A DNA stretch of 64,000 bases from Eledone cirrhosa (taxonomy: Eukaryota), in NCBI GenBank assembly GCA_964016885.1, contig OZ024741.1:163556001-163620000 (forward strand), written 5' to 3'. The translations under genes were made by a program, and so were the position numbers. The notes below the pieces were generated by a model. The model searched no databases. It was given only the letters and a program-made list of their open reading frames with translations, and had not been told where the DNA came from. How positions within the stretch are numbered: the stretch's first letter is position 1; each line of letters begins with the position of its first letter. Positions 26,351 through 39,354 of the stretch are shown here, piece after piece.

Positions 26351-27164
26351 CTATAATCTAGATGTCAGTCGAGAATATAAAATATGAATTATGAGGTAAT
26401 GTTTTTCTACGTGTTGAAGTTAACGTGCTGGTGGGCTATAAGTAATAGTTCTTCTTGCGTAGTCATTTGCTAACATTGTTGAGTAATATTATGCGTGCAT
26501 TACAATTTGTCTGAATAGAGAAAGTTTTACAAATAGATTATCAGATTATAAAATAAAATAACGTTAATACAGAATTATAGCCCTGAGTTGAAACAATTAA
26601 CATTTCAACTGCGAAATATTTTAGACAGCCAACAATGTTGTGAATGTTTATAGAACCTAGCGGGTATTATAATATAGAAGAACACTTTCAAAGAGAATGA
26701 ATCGGGTAATAAAAGGTACAATCCCCAATTTTATATCCTTTCCTTCTCTTAGTATATTTGAGGGAATAAATTTGATCACTATTGCTGACACTGTAAGTTA
26801 ATGACTGTGGGTTAATTATCTACAGAAACAGCTGTAAACTTTCTCACAGCCACCGGTGGTGAACGACACCTTATAAGTATACAAAGGCTACAGAAGTTAA
26901 GTTTCCGAAGCAGCAATTAAATGACAAATATCAGGTCGATAATTTCATTGCAACCACACTGTATGTCATAAAAAGAATGTGGTCACATTTAAATAATTTG
27001 TTAGCAAATATCCCCGTTCTAATCAAACAATCATAACACTCATTACACACATACAAGCTTCCCGCCTTTCCTTCATACGTTTTGACTTTGGGTGCCAAAT
27101 CTCTAATTTTTGTCAAAGCTATCCACTTCATTATTCAATGTTTATACCTCCGATAGTCTACATC

Positions 27165-27765
27165 AATTTTATTTATGGAATATATCATGTAAATAGAGGT
27201 TAATAAAGAAGGAAAAATAAAAAAGTTTAGATTGAGAAGAAAGAATGAAATGTAAAATAAGAAAATATAAAGTAAAAGAGGAAAAAACGGGAAAGGGAAG
27301 GAAAGGCAAGGACTCTGGTGTCATAGAGGAATGGAGCGGGAGGTTGGAGAAGGATGCTTGGGTTGTGGACCTAGAACGCGACAGTAGAGGTGCTGCACGC
27401 TGCGGACAAAACCGCAAAGGTTTTCCCGCGGACAATGGCCAGCTACACCCGCTGCAGCAGCCAGATCACCTCCTGGAGCTCCTTCCTCAGACGGGCCGCG
27501 GACGTTCCGATCTTGCAGAGGAGCTCGGTAGTACGGGGTCCAGGTATGCCTGAGTTCTCGACTGCAACCGGTACGAAGAGGAAGCAACCGGACAATCCCC
27601 AGTATTTGTTTATCTTCCTTTCCTCTGCAGGGCGGGCCATGGTACCAGGGTTTGTAGTTGAAGCGACTATGGTAGAGGCGGAGATGTATCACAACATATG
27701 GCGTCCCAGCTGAGAGAGCTACCTCCTTCGAATGGAAAGAGGGTGATTTCATCGGGACGCTTACC
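27165..27765 (-). mobile_element. CRE-like non-LTR retrotransposon 3' fragment (restriction-like endonuclease)
   Basis: RPDEITLFPFEGG..LSWDAICCDT..AEERKINKY..FVPVAVENSG..GP..WLLQRV*LAIVRG, then a pyrimidine-rich UTR ending AATAAA. Confidence 0.78.
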
Positions 27766-28186
27766 TTCTTCATTTGTAACAATAATTTCTTTTGTGTTCA
27801 TTTGGAATACAGTATATTCTTCTTGTTTGTCATTTGTCCCTCTCAATCTGATCAGTTTAACTTCACTCCAAAGATTTCACGAAATTAGATACGTCACCTA
27901 CTTTTATTTGTTTCGAATCTATTTCGTTGATTAACGAGATTCCCACGTTCTTCTGGATAGAAAAGTTTCATGAGTACATTGAACTGGTCTTGATTTATTT
28001 TGTTTTATTTTTTCTTAGTTACGGTGTCTGGCACTAAGTTTCTATATAAGAAGATATTGGTAAGATGGTGTATTGGAGGATCGTTTTGATTTTAAAACTT
28101 CAACCTTAGCTCTCAGAAGGCTTGTCAGCTGAAGTTAGTCCGTCGATTCATACCTTTTTATTTTACTGTTTTTCTTGTTAACCAGA

Positions 28187-28322
<136 letters not shown>

Positions 28323-28486
28323 TGAGCAAGACACTTTATTTCACGTTGCTCCTTCTACCTGGAGTTGCGACCGATAGATAGTATTAGCAATTGGAAAGAC
28401 CGATGGAAGCATTGTTTCCTCGGTCCGATTTGACGAAAGTCGACCGACTAAAAAAAATAATTTATATATATATATATATATAAATT

Positions 28487-28554
<68 letters not shown>

Positions 28555-28570
28555 TATATATATATATATA

Positions 28571-29040
28571 GGAACAAGTAAGACCCCGACGGCTGAGCTC
28601 AAGCCGTTTCGACGGCTAATTCTGTACTGAATGAAAATTTATTCTGGTATTTAAATAGCCGAACTTATCAAGAGGTAATTCCATATATGGTCAAAGAGAT
28701 AATCACCAGGATTGGTCACATCACAAGTTAGTAGTAAATCTGTGATGGCAAGATAGTGGGGGAAGGGGTAGCTAAACCTGCCGGTAGGAGAAAAAAGGAG
28801 AGGGGTGGAGTAGACCCATTCATGCGTTGGTAGTGCCAGCTACAGCTGGGTGTGAGGTCAAAGAGGATACTGGGGAGGAGGAGGGGGAGGAGGTCGAAAC
28901 GGTAAGTAGAACAATGAAAGGTAAAACTATAGAAGGTACTGAGAGAGAAAAAAAAATAAGCAAAATCTGGTTACTAAGACATAAGTCTGTCGCTATAGCT
29001 AGGCTAAAGAAATACATAAATAAATAAATAAACAAATAAG
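28571..29040 (-). mobile_element. PLE-type 3' UTR/pLTR fragment
   Basis: Abuts (TA)n and contains an HHR. Homologous termini occur at 18551-18760, 38145-38205 and 53556-53686 (the last is attached to PLE3). Confidence 0.7.
28583..28676 (-). ncRNA. Type I hammerhead ribozyme, U3-A8 core variant, extended stem II
   Basis: ACCUC-UUGAUAA-GUUCGGCUA...UAGCCGUC-GAA-ACGGCU-UGAGCUC-AGCCGU-C-GGGGU: all three stems pair; GUC site. Confidence 0.82.
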
Positions 29041-29687
29041 TGAATAAAAGAATAGATAAATAAATTTAAAAAAAATATATATATATTTTTTTTTTCAATT
29101 AGCTCTCTTTTTACGCCAGAGATACGTTCACAGACGTGGTGACGTACACGAAATAAGCAATAAATCAATCCATTAAATGATGAAGGGATTGAGGGTGAGT
29201 TCCAATCTTACAAATGTTGATAATTATTTTCAAAATAACCCTATACGTAGATTTATTTGATACATACTAATATAACTAATATAATATTTGAATATTTGAA
29301 ATAAAAACAAAAGACTTAATAAAATATAACATGATTTACTAAATGATACTATAAATAAATTGGATACTCAACAGGTTATTCTGACTGACGAGGATCATAG
29401 AATATTTATAATAGCAGAGTGGTGACCTCGTCAAGCAATGGTGCTAAATGCAACTGTAACCCTTCGATCATGGCCCGTGCTGCAGTTCATCCACATACGA
29501 CGGATCAGGCTGAAGGCTGTGCAACTTCCGAAATTATGTGTTATTTGCTGCGTCTTATTTTTCCTACCCTAATATTTCCACAAGAAGAATATGTCGCTAT
29601 TCTTAAACTCATCTCTACAAATTCACCAGAGTACCAGCCTTGGTTTATTTTTCAAAATCTCTTCAAAGATTTAGCATTATTAAGAAA

Positions 29688-29864
29688 TGGTTGGATTTGC
29701 AGTATCGCCATTCTTTGCAGCATAGAGTTACAGCCTTTTACGGTTTGGGTTCAAATCCCGCCGAGGTTAACTTTGCTTTCCATCCTTACGGAGTCGATAA
29801 AATAAAGTACCAGTAATGCACTGGGTTAATTGCTGGCCTTGTGCCAAAAGTAGAAACAATTATT
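29688..29864 (+). mobile_element. S1 SINE
   Basis: Matches family consensus. Confidence 0.85.
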
Positions 29865-30643
29865 AAGAAATCATTTAAGGTCTTCACAACATACCGATTC
29901 ACTCTCCTTCATCAATTCAAATACGTTCAAATGTTCTGAGAAAGCTGCTAATACTTTTTGAAGATCTTTTCCATCTCCTTTCCTAACAAAAAAGAAACTG
30001 TTAATGGTGCGATATCATCTTCCGTAACCGCGCCTCTTCTTAGGCACCCACAGCGCCATCCTGCACCCACATAAAACCTCAAAATCCTTTAACTGTTTTA
30101 TCTCTTCCTTCCACACTACATGTTTGTAATGAAGCTTTCCCAGGCAATACCAGTAATATTGACGGTCTCTAAAATGTTAAATTATCCTCAGTATTCTTCT
30201 ACATATCAGGGTTTGTATCCAACACGTTGAACTTTTTAGCGGATAGTATACCTTGAAAGTTGATATTGCCCACCGTAAATTGCCTCCTGGAGAAAAGAGG
30301 TTTTGTTTGGAAACACGTAAAATGCGTTTATTCTAAGATTTCCTTAAACATCATCGAAGTAGCTTTGGGGTGCAAATCAGTATCAATGGAGAAATTGTAC
30401 AAAACAGTGAAAAAATATTTGACCTGGAACAATATGTGTGCAACTCATGCATTCTTGTTCGACTTCCAGCAATAAGATTATTGTAATTGAATTAATCCTC
30501 CGAGCTATTAATAGACCAATATTGGTTTTCCTTTCTAAATGTGTTGTAAGGTGGGAAAATAACTAAAGCATATCAAATTTCAAGCGACGGAAATCAAGCC
30601 GGTGTGAAAGCATATTCCTATATATATATATATATATATATAC

Positions 30644-31442
30644 TGAGTTAAGAGCTCAGGGTAGTCTTAAATAGCTCTAAGAAAAAAGCTTTTCTGAGCC
30701 GTACAATATAATTGAATAAACAAGAGAGATGAACACTAATATAAACATACATGTGTTCGAATCGTAAGGACTAAAATTTGCTAGGGTGAAAAAATACTAA
30801 CTACACCAATATAGTTTGTTATCCTTAACTTTAAATATTAAATTAAAAAACATAAAGAAAAATAACAGACCTATATTGGGCAAAAATGCCTGGTAACAAC
30901 TAGACAGTGTTGGAGACTGTTTCGCAACGACTTATTAAGTAAAGTTCTCACGTTTCTCTGCTCCTCAGTAGTTGTTGAGAAATTAGTGATCCTTTCACTT
31001 CTAAAAATATTAGAGAATGAATTGTGTACGATATGAATTATCGCACGTGTCATACGGAATCCAGCTTGTCTCGAAATTCCCTGCCGCTAAAAATAGCAGC
31101 CTGGCTGACAGGACAATAAAAATTAGCTCCACATGATGGAGCCGATAAATATATATTGAGTTAAGAACTGAGAGTAGTCTCTTACAATTAAATAGCTCTA
31201 AGAAAAAAGCTTTTCAAGCCGTACAATATAATTGAATAAACAAGAGAGATGAACACTAATATAAACATACATGTGTTCGAATCGTAATGACCAAAATTTG
31301 CTAGGGTGGAAAAATACTAACTACAGCAATATAGTTTGTTTGTTATATTGCTGTAGTTAGCATTTTTTCACCCTAGCGAATTTTGGGCCTTACGATTGGA
31401 ATACATGTATGTTTATATTAGTGTCATTTCCCTTGTTTATTC

Positions 31443-31447
<5 letters not shown>
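30644..31447 (-). mobile_element. Non-coding HHR element, family A (retrozyme/non-autonomous PLE-like): ~513-bp unit plus partial tandem and inverted copies
   Basis: 30644-30822 is repeated at 31157-31340 and inverted at 31343-31447. Head motif GGCTGCTATTTTTAGC at 31086-31101. (TA)n on both sides. Confidence 0.8.
30895..30976 (-). ncRNA. Canonical type I hammerhead ribozyme (family A)
   Basis: AACAACUA-CUGAGGA-GCA..32nt..UGC-GAA-ACAGU-CUCCAAC-ACUGU-C-UAGUUGUU: 8-bp perfect stem I, 5-bp stem III, GUC site. Confidence 0.92.
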
Positions 31448-31529
<82 letters not shown>

Positions 31530-31718
31530 ACTATGTTGACACTCTTTAACTAACGTCTTCCGTGTGAATTGTGTGGTCTTGTTTTGATTAACTAATGAAT
31601 ATATATATATATATATATATGGAAGACGTTAGTTAAAGAGTGTCAACATAGTTGCAGTTTAATGTAAGGAATAAAGAGTGTACATTAATTGTAGTTTAAT
31701 GTAAGGAATAATAATGTC

Positions 31719-31842
31719 CAGTTACAATTGTTTCACTACTCCATATAATGTTTCTGGATCAATTGATTATTATATCGTTATTGATGTGGTTCAGAGGAAG
31801 ATAAGTAACTTAAGTAATATTATGGAGCAGTTCTTCAGAACG
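31719..31842 (-). ncRNA. Type I hammerhead ribozyme with ~100-nt stem II domain (PLE2 pLTR)
   Basis: CGUU-CUGAAGA-ACUGCUCCAUA...UAUGGAGUAGU-GAAACAAUUGUA-AC. An 11-bp stem II closes a long insert. The inverted pLTR copy (~34703-34734) has GUA-AACG, which pairs perfectly with CGUU. Confidence 0.78.
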
Positions 31843-32250
31843 TCAGATGAGATAATGAAAATATTGATATATATAAGATGGAATGAGAAATATAAAATAA
31901 AATAAAGGAAGATGGTTATGTGTCTGTAAGATTACATAGATTGGCAGTTCCCGAAAGGAGTCATGGATAGCTCAAATGTCTGCTATAAACAAGCATTACG
32001 CTTCTGTCGAGGCTGTAGTACTATATGCCTGCGTTAAAAGATGGCTACTTTTAGGAAATTTATCTTATTAAGTAGAGACTGGTTTCAAGAGAGGTAACTC
32101 CTTGAAAAGTTAAATTCATTAAGAATTTATAAGTAAGATAATGCAAAGGACCTTAAATGTGAGATAATGTGAGGGAGGTAACTTATAATTGTCTAACTAT
32201 AGGGCTAAATACATAACATGCTAGCTATACGTAATGGCGACATTAGATGA

Positions 32251-34660
32251 CTATGTTGGGTCGAATATTCTGTTGGCGAAGGAATTTGCCCTACGATGGT
32301 GACAGTTAATAATTATCTTGTTTCTGCAGTTAATAGGAGGTGGGCGTGACAGAGTTATGTGATAGTCCTCGGTAAGACAGAGATCACAACAGTTTCTTCG
32401 TCCATTGAATGCTGGGTATCTAGCCAAGATATCCCATGATAATGAGTGTTCAATGTTGGTTAATTTAAGGTTTTTAATGAGCCTAGCTAGAGATGTTGAG
32501 CATCTATTGCTAGGGTCGCGGAAGGAAAATGAGTGCGCATTATAGCGTACCTTAAAAGGGTTAGCGGTAGAGCCAATATAGGAGCTAGTATGTGATGCCG
32601 TTCTAACTGTGCACCTATATACTATATTGGGCGGAAGGCATTGTCCGTTAAGTGGGCATGCAGTAGAGTAACGGCAGTTGCAATTACTGTTGCGATTAGT
32701 AAGAGTAGGGTTGTTTAAACTATGCGACTGGAGTGTACTAATAGGATTGGAGGGGGAGATACGCTACTAGAATAAGTATTGGTATAGTTGCGTGGTGTGT
32801 TTATGGGGGGGGGGGGGGTACCGCGGTGTGGGAGTTATATTTTTTTAGTTTATGATGGTTGCTGAATGCGATGTGGCTAGCTAGGTTCGGTGTCATGGAG
32901 AAGGAGATTTTAATATTGTTTTTATTAAAGAGTTCGTAATATCTATGATCGGTGGGGCGGCGGGTTAGATAGGAAAGAGAAGAAGCGTTTAGGGATATTA
33001 GTGGCTAAATTAGATAGAATGGGGGGGGGGGGGGTTAAGCCAGGTGATTTTTTTAGGCCTATTACTTGTAGGGGTTCTAGTAGAGTTGGCGAAGGCCTTA
33101 ATAGGGTTATTATTACCAAAGCGTTTGCTATTGGTCATCCCATTGTTCATTGCTATTCTAGGGTTGATTCTGAGTCTGCTACTAGGAGTGGGAAGTAGGC
33201 CTCTGCCACTAATACGGTTCCCTGTATAGGTGTTGATAAGGCTAAAGTTCCGGCGTATCTGGCTACATGCTATTGTGTTTCTAGTTCTAGTGTTAAATTT
33301 ATTATAGTTGTGGTGAAGTTCTGTGTTATGGCCTTTAGGTATGTAGTAGATAGACTGTTCATAACCAGATTCAGAAAGGGCCTTATTATAATATGCCGCG
33401 TGATTCTTAAATATCTCCTCATTTGCGGATAGCATGGAGATCCTATATGAGATAGATTTAATGACTGCTCTGATGACCACCGGTGGGTGATTAGAGTGCG
33501 GGCTAATATATGTAAGTATTTCACCTGGTTTATGATAAGGGTAATATAAATTGTTATTAAGATTTAGGGTAACGTCCAGGAAATTTACTACCTTATGGTT
33601 CGGTTCGATGGTGATAGAGAGACCGTTATTTTTTTAAAATCTATGTAATTGTTTTTTGAGCACGTCAATGCGTCGATTAATGCAATTGTGGACTGCAAAT
33701 AGGGCGTCGTCCCTATATATTCCACCTTGCAAGGGTTTGATCTCAGCTCTGATGTTATGTAAGAGGTAGATTCCAACTAAATCGGTGACTTGCGCAGAAT
33801 CGCTTGATCCCATTGTGATGTCGAAGTTGTCCGTTCTGTCCTTTCTTGTCCAGAATGAGCCGTTGAACTTAATGATGGTCTGACTAGCCATAAGTATGAT
33901 GTCAATCTCCTTATTAGTTATGTCAGAGTTAGTGATAGCTATGGTTAATGCTTTGTTAAGCAGTGCCGGGGTTATTGAAGCGTAGTAACTGTCAATGTCA
34001 AATTGGAGAAACCTCATCGAGTCCTTGGACCGTAAATCTGAGAACCATCTAATGACTTGGCAGGTGTTAGACAACAGCTTGCAGGTGATACCATCTCGCA
34101 TCCCAGGGATGATCCTATCGAGAATGTTCTTGCTGATACGACCCAAGTCAGATGTGGTTGGGCTTATAAGCCTAATAGATGGGTTCTCAATAAAGCTTGG
34201 CTTGTGATCCTTGAGAGAACCTAGGAGTTGTGGGTACATAAGGGTGGGTAAATCTATCCAGATGCAAGTCCTTAACCAGAGCCTGGGCTTTTCGGTTAAG
34301 TAAGTTTACACTGGAGGGTATAGTTTTTTTATAGTTCTTATTAAGCTCCTTAAGAAGGAAAGAGTTGTAAGTTTCAGGAGGCATGGTATATAGATTTTTA
34401 GTTTTATCAGAGTAGCATGTATGAGGTGGCTATTTTTAAAGTTTTTGATTGTTGTTGCTACTTTTGTGAGGAAATTTATTCTTATGCCGATTTTGCTTGT
34501 TGAATTTAATGCTCCTGGCGAGGTTAAATAAATCCTTCTCAAAAGGGCCCAGCAGGATGTTGTGTGGAGGGTTCTTGCAGGTGGTAAATCCATATATATT
34601 GGCAGTACTTCCGGCGCCAGTAGCACCCATTCTGTCAAAGTGGAAAGCCTTCCATCGTAC
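32251..34660 (-). pseudogene. PLE RT + GIY-YIG polyprotein remnant
   Basis: ORF-track pieces 34436-34630, 34187-34384, 33634-34239 and 33010-33480, plus a manually translated GIY-YIG domain at ~32251-32700. Confidence 0.92.
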
Positions 34661-35074
34661 CCTCCGATCAATAACGATCTAATAATCAATTGATCCAGAA
34701 ACATTTTATGGAGTAGTGAAACAATTGTAAACGGACATTATTATTCCTTACATTAAACTACAATTAATGTACACTCTTTATTCCTTACATTAAACTGCAA
34801 CTATGTTGACACTCTTTAACTAACGTCTTCCATGTGAATTTTGTGGTCTTGTTTTGCTTAATTAATGAATATTTCCAGCTCTGTGCACCTAATCTCTGCA
34901 TGAACCCAGTTCTCTAGCTGCCCCCCACTGCATATTGCACATTGAGCACATGCCTTTACGCTTTTGGCTTCTAATACCTTCACCAATCTCTCCACTCCTC
35001 TCCTATCTCCATCTCTCTGGTTTACACTTGAACTGTGTATATATCTACATATATATATATTATATGTATGCATA

Positions 35075-35980
35075 TCTATATAAAGTTGTATTCCTGTCTG
35101 TTTGTTTGTTTGTTCACGAACTACTCCTATGGTTTTGGAGATAGACGCCCCATAACCATATATATTCTGAAACTACATTGCCCAGGTACTTGGATAAGAA
35201 TATTTCCTTTAGTCAAAGGGTTCCCCGGGGGCACAAACCTCCGCTGAAAATGTTTTCCCTTCGATTCATATGAAATTTAAACCATAGGTAAATGACAAGA
35301 TATGATGCCTATTAACAACATTTCAGCAAATTGCAATAATATTAAGACACCCTAATAAGGGTTAAACCCCCTATAGTGAACATTTTGGTCAATAAATGGA
35401 ACAAGATTTCACGAACTCCTCCTATGATTTGGGAGATAGACCCGCATAACCATATATATTCTGAAACTACATTGCCCAAGGTACTTGGATAAGTATATTT
35501 GATTTTAATCAAAGGGTTCCCCTTCGATTTATATGAAAAATGACAAGGTAAATGACAAGGCATGATGCCAAGTTTCACCAAATTTCAATAATATTAAGAC
35601 ACCCTAATAGGAGTTAAACCCCCTATTATGGTTCCCTGGAGGCACAAATCCCCGCTGAAAATGTTTTCCCTTCGATTTATATGAAATTTAAACCATAGGT
35701 AAATGACAAGATATGATGTCTATTCACAAAACTTTTGAATTGATATTTTGAAAAAAGTTATTTACAAGAAACAAAATAAGAATAAGATTTAATAATGTAA
35801 TTTTGATTTGATATATTACAAAAAATAATGTTTTCCAATTTTTCATGCATTACAGTTTTCATTGAGTAATATTGAAATGCAGAGTTTTTCTCCATAAATT
35901 ATATCACTGACTTAAAATCAATCGTCATTTTCTTACAAAAAAAGGTATGAAACACAGCAAGGCGCGGGTAATTCGGCTAG
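35075..35980 (+). mobile_element. Non-autonomous Helitron with internal tandem duplications
   Basis: 5' A|TCTATATAAAG..GTCTGTTTGTTTG; 3' GC-rich ..GCAAGGCGCGGGTAATTCGG-CTAG|T. Repeated blocks around 35130-35380, 35430-35620 and 35630-35730. Confidence 0.75.
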
Positions 35981-36324
35981 TATATATATATATATATATA
36001 TGAAACTATATACTATATATTTATACATAAACATATGACAGCCTCAACATCGAAAAAAAATTCTTTTTCGTTATGAAAAAAGATGTTTTCTGCTTTGTAA
36101 ATAAGCCACAGATATCCCAGTAGCACTTGAGTATGCCAGACAGTATTGTTTCAAGATTAGTTAATCTCTCATCAGTGACACTCATTGAACCGGTACTGAG
36201 ATGAAAGTAGACTATATTCTATATAGATTTTGTGAGATGAACATTTGCTGGATGTGCTCATTTGCAAATAGAAACCCTCCGCTGGAAATACTCGTTTGCA
36301 TATAGTGCGAACTTGGCTGGTTAT

Positions 36325-36743
36325 AATTAGTTTCTTATATAGGCAAAAGGTCAGCAATTTTGGGGGGGAGGGAAAAGTCGATGAGATTGACCCCAGTGCG
36401 TGACTGGTACTTTATTTTATCAACCTCGTAAGGATGAAAGTCAAAGTTAACCTCGACAGAATTTGAACTCTGATCGTAAAGGGCCGTAGCTCTATGCCGA
36501 AAAGCATGGCGTCCGACCCTCTACCGATACTGCCAATCCACCGCCCTTCTCTAATAATTAATAATTGTTTCTACTTTTAGCACAAGGCCAATAATTAGCC
36601 CAGTGTATTACTGGTACTTTATTTAATCGACCCCGTAAGGATGAAAGGCAAATCCCTCGGTGGGATTTGAACTCAGAATGGCAAGGGGCGTAACTCTATG
36701 CTTGGCGTCCGACCCTCTACCGATACTGCCAATCCACTGCCCT
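36325..36743 (-). mobile_element. Two tandem S1 SINEs
   Basis: Copies at 36325-36546 and 36562-36743. Confidence 0.88.
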
Positions 36744-37059
36744 AATAAAGAAAAACTGTAGCAGCAACGGCCCCATCACGTAATTGGCAGAGAATTCACT
36801 GATAACCTTTACAACCTTTAAGTAAATATTGTAGCTGATATAGAAATAAGTATAAGTATATCCTCAAAACGTTACTCAGAACGTTTGAGATGCTGGAAAA
36901 GTGTCTGTTACTGGTTATTTTATTTCGCCTATATATCAATGATTAAAACGTTATAAAAGTTCAATTTGATCAAATACAAAATATCTATCATCACTTACAT
37001 ACATACCAGGGAGAATTAGTAACATTTATGAGAAGCTTTTATGTCACACACACGGTTAC

Positions 37060-37371
37060 GCACACACTAAACAGACGCACGCACGCACGCACACATCTAC
37101 ACATACAAAGGAATATACGGTCACACAGGCACATACATATACGCACACTCACGCACCCACACATACGAAGAAACATACAGTCACACAGAAACATAAATAT
37201 ACGCACACGCACACGCACCCACACATACAAAAATACATAGTCACACAGACACATAAATATACGCACACACACGCACCCGCACATACAAAGAAACATAGTC
37301 GCACAGACACATAAATATACGGGCACACCCACCCACACACACACATGTACAAAGAAACCCACACACGAATT

Positions 37372-37435
<64 letters not shown>

Positions 37436-37660
37436 CACAAACACAAACACACAAACACACAGGCACGCACCCACAGACACACATACAAAGAAACCCAGAC
37501 ACGAATTCAAACACACACACAAACAAAAACACAAAATAACACAAACACACACACACATATTCAAAGAAACCGATACACGAATTCAAACACTCACACAGTC
37601 ACAAACACACAGGCACGCACCCACAGACACACAAAGAAACCCACAAACTCACAGACATAA
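37060..37660. repeat. CA-rich minisatellite (~58-60-bp units)
   Basis: Repeated CACATACAAAGAAACATAGTCACACAGACACATAAATATACGCACAC. Confidence 0.8.
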
Positions 37661-38099
37661 ACAGGCACTCAGGTACATTAAAAAATAGGAATAAAATGAA
37701 CAGGAATGATTGTCGTAAGCTTCTGCGTCATCGAAACGAAAAATTATTGATTTACTGATAGAAGAATTTGTACAGTAATAACGAATTAACTCAAAATTAA
37801 ATGTCCATACTTATTACATCAGTTTCCAATAAATACTAAAAACAAATGAAGACTATCAAGAAATAAATCTGTATAACGTCCAATAGCTTTTAAAATGTAT
37901 ATAGTGATGATGATTTGTTTAAACTTTTCTCAATATAATTTAGAAATCAAGTTTCTGTTTTGATACTATACTTTCAACTATACTAATAACAATATGTGTG
38001 GTATACGGATCTATATTGATGTCCGATCTGTTCTTCAAATAAAAGAGTATGACTGAGTCAAATATTCTCCGGTATACAGGTGAGTATATGGGTGCGTGT

Positions 38100-38144
<45 letters not shown>

Positions 38145-38296
38145 AGTTCGGATCCAGCTGTCGAAACGGCCAGAACTCAGCCGTCGGGGTTCTGACTCTT
38201 TCCCTATATATATATATATAACCGTTTCCTTTCGCTATATGTCTCTCCACCACTCCCCTACACACCCTTTGAACTCTGTTCCCACACACTTCTCAC

Positions 38297-38324
38297 CTGA
38301 GGAAGGGCTTATGCCCGAAACGTC
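38297..38324 (+). ncRNA. Minimal hammerhead core in a (TA)n-flanked pLTR fragment (38220-38420)
   Basis: CUGAGGA-A-GGGC-UUAU-GCCC-GAAACGUC: palindromic ACGU stem III. Stem I is poorly paired in this copy. Downstream AATAAA. Confidence 0.75.
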
Positions 38325-38416
38325 GTCCCTCACCAACACCTCACTCTCCAGAGCGTGAAATTAATAAACATTCGTTGTACTGCCTCTCTGTTTTGTCCCT
38401 GTTCAAATTTTTCCAT

Positions 38417-38480
<64 letters not shown>

Positions 38481-38967
38481 GAGAGTGTGTGTGCGTGTGT
38501 GTGTGTGTGTGTGTATGTGTGTTTAAAAATTGTATACACACTTCATCAGCATTCTAATAAATATTAGTTGTACAGGTAATCAAAGTGTGTATATATTTTT
38601 GGGGAACACCCTGTATATATATGAATCCGCGCGCGCGCGTGTGTGTGTGTGTATGTGAGTGTGTGTGTGTAAGTACGTGTACTATTCTTAATCGCCTATC
38701 TTACGTGTCAGACAATTTATACGCGAAGTCAGTCTTAAAATATTTAATTTCTTTCCAGTGCAAAGAAATTGTATATCCCTGAATTGCCTGGGACCTGCTG
38801 TAAGTCACACAAATGCTATGGAAGACTGCCTTATAGTATTGCTCTCATATCATCGGTATTGTCTCCTTGCCCTTTTCTTACAAACGTCTTACACTTATTA
38901 ACATAACATTCCGACTGCTTAGAAGTATTTTACTCTCTTATGTTTTCCTACCGCCTCATGCCAGTAA

Positions 38968-38992
38968 TCTATATATTATTAAAAGTCTGTGA

Positions 38993-39023
<31 letters not shown>

Positions 39024-39297
39024 GATGTCTGTAATGTAATACAGCCAAGAGGGCGCATAATGGGGAAATACTTTGAAAGGAAGTTGACCCTAAAATGGGT
39101 ATACAAATGGAATAAAACAAGTTTCGCGTAAATCGAAGCACGGGGTCCCGAGATATGGGGTTTTCTGGGTACCTTCATAAACAGAGATAGAGAAGAATAG
39201 AGAGAAAGAGATAGTGGTTGTGAGAGAGTAGATTGAAAGAGAGACATAGAGAGAGAGAGAGAGGAGACAGAGAAGGAGAATAGAAGAGAAGAGCTGA

Positions 39298-39354
<57 letters not shown>

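Larger units (their letters stand above)
31527..34870 (-). mobile_element. Penelope-like retroelement 2 (near full-length, frameshifted) with inverted pLTR
   Basis: RT: LKDHKPSF..SIRLISPT, FLQFDIDSYYASI, FDITMGSSDSAQVTDLVGIYLL, GGIYRDD. GIY-YIG: CNCRYSTACPLNGQCL..NIVYRCTV..YIGSTANPFKVRYNAH, ending at TAG ~32251. pLTR 31621-31785 is inverted relative to 34667-34830, with an extra inverted piece at 31527-31600. Confidence 0.95.

Noticed and set aside
30150-30196. Minus-strand CUGAGGA...GAGACCGUC
   Set aside because: GAGA instead of GAAA and stem I out of register.
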